Shown here in pieces: positions 8,759 through 18,759 of a stretch of DNA of 52,579 bases. Every line of letters begins with the position of its first letter. Positions within the stretch are counted from its first letter, which is position 1. This DNA is from Asaia bogorensis (GTDB taxonomy: Bacteria > Pseudomonadota > Alphaproteobacteria > SHVZ01): contig CAMDFP010000003.1 of assembly GCA_945897335.1 (NCBI GenBank), positions 1 through 52,579 of the forward strand. The letters run 5' to 3'. The translations under genes and the position numbers were made by a program. The notes beneath the pieces are model-generated. The model was not told the origin of the DNA. It worked only from the letters and a program-made list of their open reading frames with translations, and did no database searches.

Positions 8759-9997
8759 ATGCTCCCGCCTTCCTCCGCCGCGATCCGGCTGATCCTGCTT
8801 CTGGTCGGCGTCACTGGCATCAGCCAGTTCTACCGGGCCTCGGCGGGCGTGATTGCGCCCGAGCTGATGCGTGATCTCAGCCTGGGGCCGGAGACGCTCG
8901 GGCTCGCCAGCAGCGCCTTCTTCGTGGCGCTCGGCGTGGCGCAAATTCCGGTCGGCATGCTGTTCGACCGGGTCGGCCCGCGGCTGACCGTCGGCGTCCT
9001 GACGCTGCTCGCCGTCTTCGGTGCGATCCTGCATGCGATGGCCGAGTCCGGCGCCGCGCTGATAGCGGCGCGGACGATCCTCGGCCTGGGATCTGCCGCC
9101 AGCTTCATGAGCGTCGTGGTCTTCTGCTCGCGCTGGTTCCCCCGCGACCGTCTCAGCCTGACCTTGAGCTGGGTGTTCTCGGCAAGCCAGGTCGGCATCT
9201 TCTTCGCTACCACGCCGCTGGCGCTCGCGACCGAAGCCGTCGGCTGGCGGTGGGCTTTCGTCGCCGCCGCGGTCGCGACCGCCCTGATCGCGGCATTGTT
9301 CCTGTGGCTGGTCGCCGACGACCCACCGGGACGCGCTCCGCCGCCGCGCCCACATGAGACGCTGGGCCAGGTGGTCCTCGGCCTGCTCGAAGTCTGGCGC
9401 ACCCCCGGCCTCGGCAAGGTGCTCGCCGTCCACACCTTCATCTATGCCAGCATGGTGACGGTGCTCGGCCTCTGGGCCGGGCCGTATCTCCTGGATGTCC
9501 ATGGTCTGGATGCCGTCGCCCGCGGCAACGTGCTCTTCGCAATGGCGGCCGCCCAGGTGGTCGGCATCCTCTGCTATGGACCGCTCGATCGCGTCTTCAA
9601 TACGCGGAAGTGGATCGTCGTTGCGGGCGGCGCCGGCACTCTGTCGGTGCTGGCCATTCTTGCGCTGATTCCCGGCCTCGGGCTCCGGCCTGCGGTCGGG
9701 CTCCTGGTGGGGCTCTGCGCCGTCACCTCCTACAGCCTGATCGTGGTGGCGCACGGCCGGAGCCTGTTCCCCGACCGCCTGGCCGGCCGCGGCGTCACTA
9801 CCGTCAACATCGCGCAGGTCGCCGGCAGTGCGGTCCTACCGATCCTGACCGGCTTCATCGTCGCTGCCGTGTCGGAGGAGGGAGGAGCGCGGCCGGAGAT
9901 CGCCTATCGCCTCGCCTTCGGTGCCATCGCGCTCTGCCTTGCCGCCGGCCTCGCCGTTTATCTGACGGCGAAGGACGTGAAGCCCCGCAATTCGTGA
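8759..9997 (+). CDS. MFS transporter
   Basis: About 12 hydrophobic helices. Motif A variants GMLFDRVGPR and GPLDRVFNTRK. Confidence 0.9.
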   Translation: MLPPSSAAIRLILLLVGVTGISQFYRASAGVIAPELMRDLSLGPETLGLASSAFFVALGVAQIPVGMLFDRVGPRLTVGVLTLLAVFGAILHAMAESGAALIAARTILGLGSAASFMSVVVFCSRWFPRDRLSLTLSWVFSASQVGIFFATTPLALATEAVGWRWAFVAAAVATALIAALFLWLVADDPPGRAPPPRPHETLGQVVLGLLEVWRTPGLGKVLAVHTFIYASMVTVLGLWAGPYLLDVHGLDAVARGNVLFAMAAAQVVGILCYGPLDRVFNTRKWIVVAGGAGTLSVLAILALIPGLGLRPAVGLLVGLCAVTSYSLIVVAHGRSLFPDRLAGRGVTTVNIAQVAGSAVLPILTGFIVAAVSEEGGARPEIAYRLAFGAIALCLAAGLAVYLTAKDVKPRNS

Positions 9998-10019
9998 TCC
10001 GGCCCGGGACAAGTTGCGA

Positions 10020-10037
10020 TTGTCATGAAACTGTCAT
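10020..10037 (+). promoter_or_regulatory. Pho box (PhoB-binding site)
   Basis: TTGTCAT-GAAA-CTGTCAT matches CTGTCAT-N4(AT-rich)-CTGTCAY with 11-bp periodicity. Candidate -10 TATCAT at 10046-10051; about 70 nt upstream of the SBP start. Confidence 0.75.
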
Positions 10038-10107
10038 TTTGCTCGTATCATAGTTGCAAAATTGCTGCTTACAGTGGCCATCCATTCCAGTCATGGGGAG
10101 GCGAGAG

Positions 10108-11211
10108 ATGAAGTTCCAATTCCTGCGCGTGCTTTCGGTTTCGTTCCTGACGGCGATTGCCATGACCGGCGGCGCGTCCGCCCAGAACATGGACAAGCTG
10201 ATTGCCGATGCGAAGGCCGAGGGCATGCTGACCACCATCGCGCTGCCGCGCGACTGGTGTGGTTATGGCGAGCTGATCGACAGCTTCAAGGCCAAGTACG
10301 GCCTTCGCGTGAACGAGCTCAATCCCGATGCCGGCTCCGCCGACGAGATCGAGGCGATCAAGGCGAACAAGGGCAACAAGGGTCCGCAGGCGCCGGACGT
10401 CATCGACGTCGGCCTCTCCTTCGGCCCGTCGGCCAAGAAGGACGGCCTGCTGCAGCCCTACAAGGTCGCGACCTGGGATTCGATCCCCAACGACGCCAAG
10501 GACCCGGAAGGCTACTGGTACGGCGACTATTACGGCGTGCTCTCCTTCCAGGTGAACGCCGACATCGTGAAGACGATGCCGACAGATTGGGCGGACCTGC
10601 TGAAGCCGGCCTACAAGAATTCGGTGGCGATGGCGGGCGATCCGCGCGCCTCCAACCAAGCGATCCAGGCGGTCTATGCCGCCGGTCTGTCGGTCGCCGG
10701 CGGTGATGCGGCAAAGGCGGCCGAAGCCGGTCTCAAATACTTCGCCGAGATGAACAAGAACGGCAACTTCGTGCCGGTGATCGGCAAGGCGGCCTCGCTC
10801 GCCCAGGGCGCCACGCCGATCGTCATCCGTTGGGACTACAACGGGCTCGCCGACCGCGACACGCTGAAGGGTAACCCGAAGGTCGAGGTCATCGTGCCGA
10901 AGACCGGCGTTGTCGCCGGCGTCTACGTCCAGGCGATCAGCGCCTTCGCGCCCCATCCGAACGCGGCCAAGTTGTGGATGGAGCATCTCTACTCCGACGC
11001 CGGCCAGATCGCCTGGCTCAAGGGCTATTGCCATCCGATCCGCTTCAACGACCTGGCGAAGAACAAGAAGATCCCGGCCGACCTCCTTGCCAAGCTGCCG
11101 CCCGCGGAAGCCTACGAGAAGGCGGTGTTCCCGACGCTCGATCAGCAGAACGCCGCCAAGGAAGTCATCACCAAGCAGTGGGACGCCGTCGTCGGCGCCA
11201 ACGTGAAGTAA
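10108..11211 (+). CDS. ABC transporter substrate-binding protein (PotD/AfuA-like family)
   Basis: Signal peptide (..GASA|Q). Motifs AKAEG, P.DWADLLKPAYK, APHPNAAKLWME. SD GGAGG upstream. Confidence 0.9.
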   Translation: MKFQFLRVLSVSFLTAIAMTGGASAQNMDKLIADAKAEGMLTTIALPRDWCGYGELIDSFKAKYGLRVNELNPDAGSADEIEAIKANKGNKGPQAPDVIDVGLSFGPSAKKDGLLQPYKVATWDSIPNDAKDPEGYWYGDYYGVLSFQVNADIVKTMPTDWADLLKPAYKNSVAMAGDPRASNQAIQAVYAAGLSVAGGDAAKAAEAGLKYFAEMNKNGNFVPVIGKAASLAQGATPIVIRWDYNGLADRDTLKGNPKVEVIVPKTGVVAGVYVQAISAFAPHPNAAKLWMEHLYSDAGQIAWLKGYCHPIRFNDLAKNKKIPADLLAKLPPAEAYEKAVFPTLDQQNAAKEVITKQWDAVVGANVK

Positions 11212-11235
11212 CGGACTCGGTCCGCATGATCCGGT

Positions 11236-11269
11236 CGAGCCTCCGCGCGCTGCGACGCGCGGGGGCTCG
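11236..11269 (+). other. Intercistronic 14-bp stem-loop after the SBP gene
   Basis: CGAGCCTCCGCGCG-CTGCGA-CGCGCGGGGGCTCG (one G-U). Confidence 0.6.
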
Positions 11270-11284
11270 TCCTCTTACCTCTCG

Positions 11285-12187
11285 ATGACGGAAGCTACCG
11301 CCTCCCGGCCTATTCCCGTGCGCGCGCGCTTTGCGTTGCCCGATGGGTTCTCCTGGGCATGGGTCGGCGTCATGCCGTTCTTCCTGTTCGCCCTGATGTT
11401 CCTGATCCTGCCGACGGGATTCCTCGTGGTGGGTGCCTTTCAGGACAACGAGGGGCGCTTCACGCTTCAGAACATCGTCAACCTGTTCCAGCCTTCGATC
11501 CTTAACGCCTACTGGATCAGCATCAAGGTCAGCGCCGTCTCCGCCGTCGTCGGCGCGATCTTCGGTTTCTTCCTGGCCTACGCCGCGATCGCTGGCGGCG
11601 TTTCCCGCTGGATCCGGCCGACGCTGATGACTTTCTCCGGCGTCGCCTCCAACTTCGCCGGCGTGCCGCTCGCCTTCTCCTTTCTGGCTACGCTCGGGCG
11701 CACCGGCCTGGTGACGGCTCTGCTGATCAAGTACCTCGACTTCAACATCTACTCGACCGGCTTCAACCTCCTCAGCTTCTCCGGCCTGGTGATCACCTAT
11801 CTCTACTTCCAGATCCCGCTGATGGTGCTGATCATGGCGCCCGCGATCGATGGGCTGAAGCGCGAGTGGCGGGAAGCCTCGACCATCCTCGGCGCCACCA
11901 CCTGGCAGTACTGGCGCTACGTGGCACTGCCGGTGCTATGGCCGAGCCTGTTCGGCACGACCCTTCTGCTGTTCGCCAACGCCTTCGGTGCCATCGCCAC
12001 CGCCTATGCGTTGACCGGAAGTTCGATGAACATCGTCACGATCCTGCTCTTCGCCCAGATCCGCGGCGACGTGCTGCACGACCAGAATCTGGGCTATGCG
12101 CTGGCGCTGGGCATGATTCTGATCACCGGCCTCTCCAACGGTGCCTACATCTGGCTGCGTGCCCGCAGCGAGAAGTGGCAACGATGA
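11285..12187 (+). CDS. ABC transporter permease (PotB-like)
   Basis: Multiple TM segments. EAA loop EWREASTILGATTWQ. Confidence 0.92.
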   Translation: MTEATASRPIPVRARFALPDGFSWAWVGVMPFFLFALMFLILPTGFLVVGAFQDNEGRFTLQNIVNLFQPSILNAYWISIKVSAVSAVVGAIFGFFLAYAAIAGGVSRWIRPTLMTFSGVASNFAGVPLAFSFLATLGRTGLVTALLIKYLDFNIYSTGFNLLSFSGLVITYLYFQIPLMVLIMAPAIDGLKREWREASTILGATTWQYWRYVALPVLWPSLFGTTLLLFANAFGAIATAYALTGSSMNIVTILLFAQIRGDVLHDQNLGYALALGMILITGLSNGAYIWLRARSEKWQR

Positions 12188-12975
12188 AGCGCTCGAACAT
12201 CGGCCACTGGATCGCGCTCGGGATCGGCGCCCTCTACTTCCTGGTGCCGCTGATCGCCACATTCGAGTTCTCGCTCCGCATGCGGCGCGGCGAGTACAGT
12301 TTCGATGCCTACCGCGTCGTGCTCGCCGATGCCCGCTTCCAGGCGACTTTCGGCTACTCGACCGTGCTGGCGCTGGCGACCATCGTCGTCGGCGTGCTGC
12401 TGGTGGTGCCAACCGCCTACTGGATCCAGCTCCGGCTGCCGAAGCTGCGGCCGGTGGTGGAGTTCATCACGCTGCTGCCCCTGGTGATCCCGGCTATCGT
12501 TCTCGTCTTCGGCTATCTCCGCATCTACAACAGCTCCTCGCTGCTGCCGATGACCTCGAACGAGCGAGCGACCGACCTCCTGCTCACCTTCGGCTATGTA
12601 ACGTTGGCGCTCCCCTATATGTACCGCGCGGTCGACAACGGGCTTCGCGCCATCGACGTTCGAACACTGACCGAGGCGGCGGAAAGCCTGGGGGCGAGCT
12701 GGCCCACGATCCTCTTCCGCATAATCTTCCCGAACGTGCGCGTGGCCGTGCTCAGTGGCGCCTTCCTCACTTTCGCTATCGTCATCGGCGAGTTCACCTT
12801 CGCCGCTCTCCTCGACCGGCCGGCCTTCGGCCCCTACCTCCAGCTCATCGGCGCCAATCGCGCCTACGAGCCGTCGGCGCTGGCGATTATCGCCTTCGGC
12901 GTCACCTGGGCCTGCATGGGGCTGATCAACGTTGTCGGCCGCGCCTCCCGTGGCGCAACGCCCACGGTACCTTAA
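12184..12975 (+). CDS. ABC transporter permease (PotC-like)
   Basis: ATGA overlap with the upstream gene. EAA loop LTEAAESLGASW. Confidence 0.92.
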   Translation: MKRSNIGHWIALGIGALYFLVPLIATFEFSLRMRRGEYSFDAYRVVLADARFQATFGYSTVLALATIVVGVLLVVPTAYWIQLRLPKLRPVVEFITLLPLVIPAIVLVFGYLRIYNSSSLLPMTSNERATDLLLTFGYVTLALPYMYRAVDNGLRAIDVRTLTEAAESLGASWPTILFRIIFPNVRVAVLSGAFLTFAIVIGEFTFAALLDRPAFGPYLQLIGANRAYEPSALAIIAFGVTWACMGLINVVGRASRGATPTVP

Positions 12976-12984
12976 GGAACCGCG

Positions 12985-14058
12985 ATGGCCTTTCTCGAGA
13001 TCGAGCATTTGCGGAAATCCTTCGGCCCGCTCACCGTGGTCGAGGACTTCAACCTGGCGATCGAGCGGGGCGAGTTCGTCTCCTTCCTCGGGCCGTCCGG
13101 CTGCGGCAAGACCACGACGCTCCGCATGGTCGCGGGCTTCGAGACGCCGACCTCCGGCGCGATCCGCATCGACGGCAAGGACGTGACTCGGGCGCGGCCG
13201 AACCAGCGCAATGTCGGCATGGTCTTCCAGGCCTATGCCCTCTTTCCCAACATGACGATCGCCGAGAATGTCGGCTTCGGCCTCAAGGTCGCCAACCGGC
13301 CGGCGGCGGAGATCAAGAGCCGGGTCGAGGAGATGCTGGCGCTGATCAAGCTGCCGCAGCTGGGCGGGCGCTACCCCTATCAGCTCTCCGGAGGCCAGCA
13401 GCAGCGCGTCGCGCTGGCCCGCGCGCTGGCGGTCAAGCCGAAGGTGCTGCTGCTGGACGAGCCGCTGTCGGCTCTGGATGCCAAGATCCGCGTCTCGCTG
13501 CGCCAGGAGATCCGCGCCATCCAGCGCGAGCTCGGCATCACCGCCATCTACGTGACCCACGACCAGGAGGAGGCGCTGTCGATCTCCGACCGCATCGTGG
13601 TGATGAGCCAGGGCCGTATGGAGCAGGTCGGCACGCCCTTCGAGATCTACAATTACCCGCGCACCCGCTTCGTTGCCTCCTTCGTCGGCACGCTGAACGT
13701 GCTGAGGAGCCGGGTGGTCGATGCGGCAAGCGGCCGGATCACCGTCGACGATCAGCCGATCGTGGCGTCGACCGGGCTCGACGGCGTCCAGGCCGGCGAG
13801 TTCCGCTCGATCGCCCTCAGGCCGGAGGCGGTGTCGCTGTCGGCGCCCTCAGCCGGCGGCAACGGGCTCGACGGTACGGTCGAGGAGGTGAGCTTCCTCG
13901 GCTCGGTGGTACGCATTCGCGTCCGCTTCGGCGAGAACACGATCTCTCTCGACACCTTCAACAAGCCGAGTGCGCCGCCGCCGGAGCGCGGGCAGAAGGT
14001 GACCGTAGCCTTCGCCCGTGACGCGCTCCTCGTCCTCGACGGCGCCGAAGCGGCTTAG
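12985..14058 (+). CDS. ABC transporter ATP-binding protein (PotA-like, C-terminal TOBE)
   Basis: Walker A GPSGCGKT, signature LSGGQQQR, Walker B LLLDEP, VTHD. Confidence 0.96.
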   Translation: MAFLEIEHLRKSFGPLTVVEDFNLAIERGEFVSFLGPSGCGKTTTLRMVAGFETPTSGAIRIDGKDVTRARPNQRNVGMVFQAYALFPNMTIAENVGFGLKVANRPAAEIKSRVEEMLALIKLPQLGGRYPYQLSGGQQQRVALARALAVKPKVLLLDEPLSALDAKIRVSLRQEIRAIQRELGITAIYVTHDQEEALSISDRIVVMSQGRMEQVGTPFEIYNYPRTRFVASFVGTLNVLRSRVVDAASGRITVDDQPIVASTGLDGVQAGEFRSIALRPEAVSLSAPSAGGNGLDGTVEEVSFLGSVVRIRVRFGENTISLDTFNKPSAPPPERGQKVTVAFARDALLVLDGAEAA

Positions 14059-14068
14059 GTAGCCACCG

Positions 14069-15652
14069 CTACATCTTCGCGATGTTCCAGAACACCTGCG
14101 TCTCCGGCACCGCCAGGATGCCGGAGAGGCTGCTGCGAAACGCGATCGGCGTCTGCCACTGGCCGTAGGGGATATAGAGCACGATCTCCATCGAGCGCTT
14201 CTGGATCTCGACCGCCACCTGCTTCCTGGCTTCCAGGCTGGGCGCCTTGACCCAGTCGACCCTGAGCTTCTCCATGGTCTCGTCGCAGGGCCAGCCGAAC
14301 CATGCCTTGTCGCAGGCGGCCGACATCGGGATGTGGAAGGCCGGGTTGGCGGCCGAAAAGCCACCGCCGGAAGTCAGGAAGATGTGCCAGCCCGAGGCGC
14401 CGGCTTCCTTCCGGTTCCTGCGCGTGATCACCGTCCCCCAGTCGGACGTGGCGAGCTGGACGTTGACGCCTCCCCGCCGGAGCCATGATTCCAGCACGGT
14501 CGCGACCGGGTGGAAGATGTTGTGGTCGGCCGAATGCAGCAGGATCACCGGCTCGCCTTTGTAGCCGGCGTCGGCCAGCGCCTTCTTCGCCCGAGCCAGG
14601 CGCTCTGCCTCGGGCAGCTCGGCGATCATCGCCTCGGCGCCGGCTTCGCTTCCCATCGGCGAGCCGCAGATCAGAATGGCGCCGCAGACGGTGTAGCGGG
14701 CGGGATCGCCGATCGCCGCCGACAGGATCTCCTTCTGGTTCACCAGGTTCAGCATGGCACGGCGGATCGCCGGATTGTCGAAGGGCGGGTGCAGGTGGTT
14801 GAGGCGCATGATCCCGGCCGATCCCAGCGGGCTCAAGGTCTCGACCCTGACCCCGGTGCTGCCTTTCAGGATCGGGATGAAGTCGGCGGAGATGCCTTCG
14901 TAGTAGTCGATCTCGCCTCGCCCTAGCGCCGCGGTAGTCGTCTGCGCGTCCGGCAGCACTACCCATTCGACCCGGTCGATCTTGGCGATCCGCCCGCCGG
15001 CAGTGCCGGAGGCCGCCTCGCTGCGCGGCACGTAGTCGGCGTTCTTGACGTAGACGGTGCGCGAGCCCGGGACCCATTGCTCCTTGGCCATGCGGAAGGG
15101 GCCGGAGCCGACGGGGTCGTCGATCTGGGTGCCTGGATCGGTCGTCGCCACGCGCTTCGGCACGATGAAGGCCGGAGTCGCCGTCGGCTGTGCCAGCGCG
15201 TCGATCACCAGGCCGAAGGGCTCCGACAGCGTCAGCGTAACCGTCCTGGCATCGGTCGCGACGATGTCCTTGGTGAAGCGCATCATCATCTGGCCGGCCG
15301 CGTCGCGTGCCGCCCAACGCTTGATCGAGGCGGCGACGTCCTCGGCGGTCACCGGCTGGGCGTCATGGAACTTGAGGCCGTCGCGCAGGACGAAGGTGTA
15401 GGTAAGCCGGTCGGCGCTGAGCGTGTGGTCCCCCACCATCTGCGGCTGCGGCAGGTTCTGGCCGTCGATCCCGAACAGGGTCTCGTAGACCATGTGGCCG
15501 TGGTAGCGGGTGATCGTCGCCGTGGTCCAGACCGGGTCGATGCTTTTCAGGTCCGCATGCATGACCGAGCGGAGTACGGTCTGTCCCGATGAAGGCCCAC
15601 CTGCCAGCAGCAACGCCGCCACGCCCAATGCCAGTCCGGTGCGATGACTCAT
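14069..15652 (-). CDS. ABC transporter substrate-binding protein, family 5
   Basis: Signal peptide. Motifs DLKSIDPVWTTA, LRDGLKFHDAQPVTAEDV, GSGPF, WFGWPCD. Confidence 0.92.
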   Translation of the reverse strand: MSHRTGLALGVAALLLAGGPSSGQTVLRSVMHADLKSIDPVWTTATITRYHGHMVYETLFGIDGQNLPQPQMVGDHTLSADRLTYTFVLRDGLKFHDAQPVTAEDVAASIKRWAARDAAGQMMMRFTKDIVATDARTVTLTLSEPFGLVIDALAQPTATPAFIVPKRVATTDPGTQIDDPVGSGPFRMAKEQWVPGSRTVYVKNADYVPRSEAASGTAGGRIAKIDRVEWVVLPDAQTTTAALGRGEIDYYEGISADFIPILKGSTGVRVETLSPLGSAGIMRLNHLHPPFDNPAIRRAMLNLVNQKEILSAAIGDPARYTVCGAILICGSPMGSEAGAEAMIAELPEAERLARAKKALADAGYKGEPVILLHSADHNIFHPVATVLESWLRRGGVNVQLATSDWGTVITRRNRKEAGASGWHIFLTSGGGFSAANPAFHIPMSAACDKAWFGWPCDETMEKLRVDWVKAPSLEARKQVAVEIQKRSMEIVLYIPYGQWQTPIAFRSSLSGILAVPETQVFWNIAKM

Positions 15653-15661
15653 GTGACCCCC

Positions 15662-17140
15662 CTAGGATTTGATAGCGTCGTTGACCCCGTGTGGATTTTC
15701 GTCGATCGGCCATTTGGGCCGCTGGATGCGCCGGTACTGCACCTTGCGCGGATCGCTGGGATAGGGTCCGCCCGCGTCGATGTAGTGGATCTCCTTCGCG
15801 ATCGGAGCGAAGCCGGCGTGGAAGTGGTTGCTCGATTTCACCACTACCAGCTTGCGTTGGGCCGGATCGATCCCGAGGTTGCGGAACAGGCTGGGATCGA
15901 AGGTCTGGGCGCGCTTGGTCTCCAGCACCACGTCGATGCCGGCGACCCGGATCGCCGCCGCATCGCCGAGCGAGACGACGCTGGAGGCGAACATCTGCGT
16001 CGCGTCCTTGACCACGCGTGTCACCTCGACCTCGGCGTCGATCGGCGTGCCGGAGGTGGAGGCGGCCTTGCCGCCGAAGCGGAGCTTTAGGCGGGCGCCC
16101 TCGCCGGCGCCATGGCAGAAGCGGACGGCGATCGGGTCCCACAGCGCCCCGATCACGGCGTTGTCGATGCCGCGCTCCAGCATGCGGCGCAGGATGACGG
16201 TGGAATCGCCGGCGACTCCGCCGCCCGGATTGTCCCAGCGGTCGGCGAGCACGATCGGGCCTTCCGGCGCGGCGACGGCACGGTCGATGCCCTCGTCGGG
16301 GCTCAGATGACGAGGAGCGCCCTGGCCGCGAAGCTCGAACAGTTCCTGGCCAAGTGTCCGCGCAAGACGATCTCCGGCCTCGCGCCGGTCGTCGGTGATG
16401 ACCAGCATCTTGGCGCCCATGTCCGGCACATCGGCGGCGGAGAAGCCGTGGACGACGGAGACGGAAAGGACGCCATCCCGCCCTTCGAGCGCCGTCATCC
16501 GGTCGACGAATCCACGGATCGGCTGGCGGCTGGTCATGAAGCTGTCGATCATCCGGCAGTCCCAGACCGACATGGCCGGCCTGACCTCGCCCCGAGCGGT
16601 CGCCAGCAGCAAGGTCATCAGCTCCTCGGCCCGCTCGACGAAGTCGGTGTGCGGAAATTCCTTGTAGCAGATGAGGACGTCGGCCGAGGCCAGCATCGCC
16701 CCGGTCATGTGGCAGTGAGGATCGAGGGTGGCACCGATCGCCGCCTTGGGGCCGGCGAGCGCGCGGACGCGGGCGAGCAGGTCGCCTTCGCAGTCGTCAT
16801 AGCCATGCGCGACCATCGCGCCGTGCAGGCCGAGGGCGACCGCATCCACCGGCAGCGCCTGGGCGAGCTGGCCCAGGATCTCGTCGCGGAGGCTCTCGTA
16901 GGCAGCTCGGCTGGTGGTTCCCGACGGCGCCGCGCCGGTGACCGTGCCCTCGACCAGGGTGTAGCCATCCTGGCGCGCCCGTCGTCGCCCGACGACCAGG
17001 ACCGCGGATGAGGTGTTGGTCGGGTGGTCCGGGTGCTCGCCGGGACGGAAGTAGCGATTGCCGGTGAAGCTCTCGAGATCCGTCGGTATCGGCGAGAAGG
17101 TATTGGACTCGGTCGACAAGGCTGCCGCGAACACCCGCAT
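15662..17140 (-). CDS. M81 family metallopeptidase (MlrC-like), paralog 1
   Basis: Motifs ESNTF, LHGAM, DCEGDLL, DPH, FPHTD, DNPGGG, VKSSNHF. Start inferred at MRVFAAAL. Confidence 0.9.
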   Translation of the reverse strand: MRVFAAALSTESNTFSPIPTDLESFTGNRYFRPGEHPDHPTNTSSAVLVVGRRRARQDGYTLVEGTVTGAAPSGTTSRAAYESLRDEILGQLAQALPVDAVALGLHGAMVAHGYDDCEGDLLARVRALAGPKAAIGATLDPHCHMTGAMLASADVLICYKEFPHTDFVERAEELMTLLLATARGEVRPAMSVWDCRMIDSFMTSRQPIRGFVDRMTALEGRDGVLSVSVVHGFSAADVPDMGAKMLVITDDRREAGDRLARTLGQELFELRGQGAPRHLSPDEGIDRAVAAPEGPIVLADRWDNPGGGVAGDSTVILRRMLERGIDNAVIGALWDPIAVRFCHGAGEGARLKLRFGGKAASTSGTPIDAEVEVTRVVKDATQMFASSVVSLGDAAAIRVAGIDVVLETKRAQTFDPSLFRNLGIDPAQRKLVVVKSSNHFHAGFAPIAKEIHYIDAGGPYPSDPRKVQYRRIQRPKWPIDENPHGVNDAIKS

Positions 17141-17292
17141 CGTCCGTTCCCCTTCCGTCGACGCAGCGTCAGCGTTCTCCGCCGGCCGTTTCAAGTCAAG
17201 GATCGTACATTTCGCCAGCGGCTCACGCCCTCCCGTGGGCGGTCTCGCCTATGCGATGATCATCCGGAGATCAGGAATCGGGAGACCAGTCG

Positions 17293-18756
17293 ATGAAGGC
17301 GTTCACGGCGTGCCTCGGCAGCGAGACCAATACCTTCTCGCCCATCCTCTGCGGACGCGACGCCTTCGAGGGCAACTTCTACGCGGCCCCCGGCAAGCAC
17401 CCCGATCACCCGACGCTCTATTCCGGTCCGATGATGGCGCTCCGCCGCCGCGCCAGGGAGAGCAATTGGGAAGTCGTCGAGGGGCTCTCGGCCTTCGCTA
17501 CCACCGGCGGCATCGTCGCGCGGCCGGTTTACGAGGAGTATCGCGATGCCATCCTCGCCCAGCTCCAGGCGGCGCTTCCCGTCGACCTCGTCGCCCTCGG
17601 CCTCCATGGCGCCATGGTCGCCGACGGCTATGAGGACTGCGAGGGCGACCTGCTCGGGCGGGTGCGCGCAATCGTGGGTCCGAAGGTGAAGGTGGGCGCC
17701 GAGCTCGACCTCCACTGCAACCTGACGCAGGCTATGGTCGACTATGCCGACGTGCTGGTGCCCTACAAGGAGTCGCCGCACGTCGACGTACTCGAGCGCG
17801 GCGAGGAACTGGTGCAGATCCTGGGCGACGCGGCGGGCGGCAAGACCAAGCCAGTGATGAGCGTCTTCGATTGTCGGATGGTGACTTCGTCGCCGACAAC
17901 GCGGGAGCCGATGAAGAGCTTCGTTGCCCGCATGAAGGCGCTCGAAGGCAAGGACGGCGTGCTCTCGGTCTCGCTCGTCCACTGCTTCGGTTTCAACGAT
18001 GTTCCTGAGATGGGATACAAGGTCCTCGTCGTCACCGACGGTCGCAAGGCGGAAGGCGATACGCTCGCCAGGAAGCTCGGCCACGAGATCTACCGGATGC
18101 GCCGCGATATCGGCATGACCTTCCTCACGATCGACGAGGCGATCGACCGCGCACTGTCGGCGTCGAAAGGGCCGGTGGTGCTGGCCGACGGGGCCGACAA
18201 TGCGGGCGGCGGCGCGGCCAGCGACTCCACCTGGTTCATCCGGGCGCTGCAGAAGCGCGGGGTGCGCGATGCCTGCGTCGGGCCGCTTTGGGACCCGATC
18301 GCCGTCCGGATGTGCTTCGCGGCCGGCGAAGGCGGGGTCTTCCAGCTCCGCTTCGGCGCCAAGATGAGCGCAAACTCCGGAGAGCCGATCGACGCCCTGG
18401 TCAAGGTTACGCGCCTGGTGAGGGATGCTTGGCAGACCTTCGGGGAGGCGCGCGACCCGATCGGCGACGCAGCAGCGATCGAGGTAGACGGAATCGCGAT
18501 CGTGTTGAACTCGGCCCGCGATCAAGCCTTCGGCCTCGATCTCTTCACCAATCTCGGCATCGAGCCGACGATGAGGAAGATCGTGGTAGTGAAGTCGCAC
18601 AACCACTTCTTCGCGGCATTCTCGAAGATCGCGACTGAGGTGCACCGGACCACGGCGCCGGGGCCGCTGTCGCTGGAGTACTCGAAGGTGCCCTACAAGC
18701 GGCTCAGGCGACCGATCTGGCCGCTCGATCCGGATCCGCTGGGATTGGACTCCTAG
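17293..18756 (+). CDS. M81 family metallopeptidase (MlrC-like), paralog 2
   Basis: Motifs ETNTF, LHGAM, DCEGDLL, DLH, SPHVD, DNAGGG, VKSHNHF. SD GGAG upstream. Confidence 0.9.
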   Translation: MKAFTACLGSETNTFSPILCGRDAFEGNFYAAPGKHPDHPTLYSGPMMALRRRARESNWEVVEGLSAFATTGGIVARPVYEEYRDAILAQLQAALPVDLVALGLHGAMVADGYEDCEGDLLGRVRAIVGPKVKVGAELDLHCNLTQAMVDYADVLVPYKESPHVDVLERGEELVQILGDAAGGKTKPVMSVFDCRMVTSSPTTREPMKSFVARMKALEGKDGVLSVSLVHCFGFNDVPEMGYKVLVVTDGRKAEGDTLARKLGHEIYRMRRDIGMTFLTIDEAIDRALSASKGPVVLADGADNAGGGAASDSTWFIRALQKRGVRDACVGPLWDPIAVRMCFAAGEGGVFQLRFGAKMSANSGEPIDALVKVTRLVRDAWQTFGEARDPIGDAAAIEVDGIAIVLNSARDQAFGLDLFTNLGIEPTMRKIVVVKSHNHFFAAFSKIATEVHRTTAPGPLSLEYSKVPYKRLRRPIWPLDPDPLGLDS

Positions 18757-18759
18757 ATC

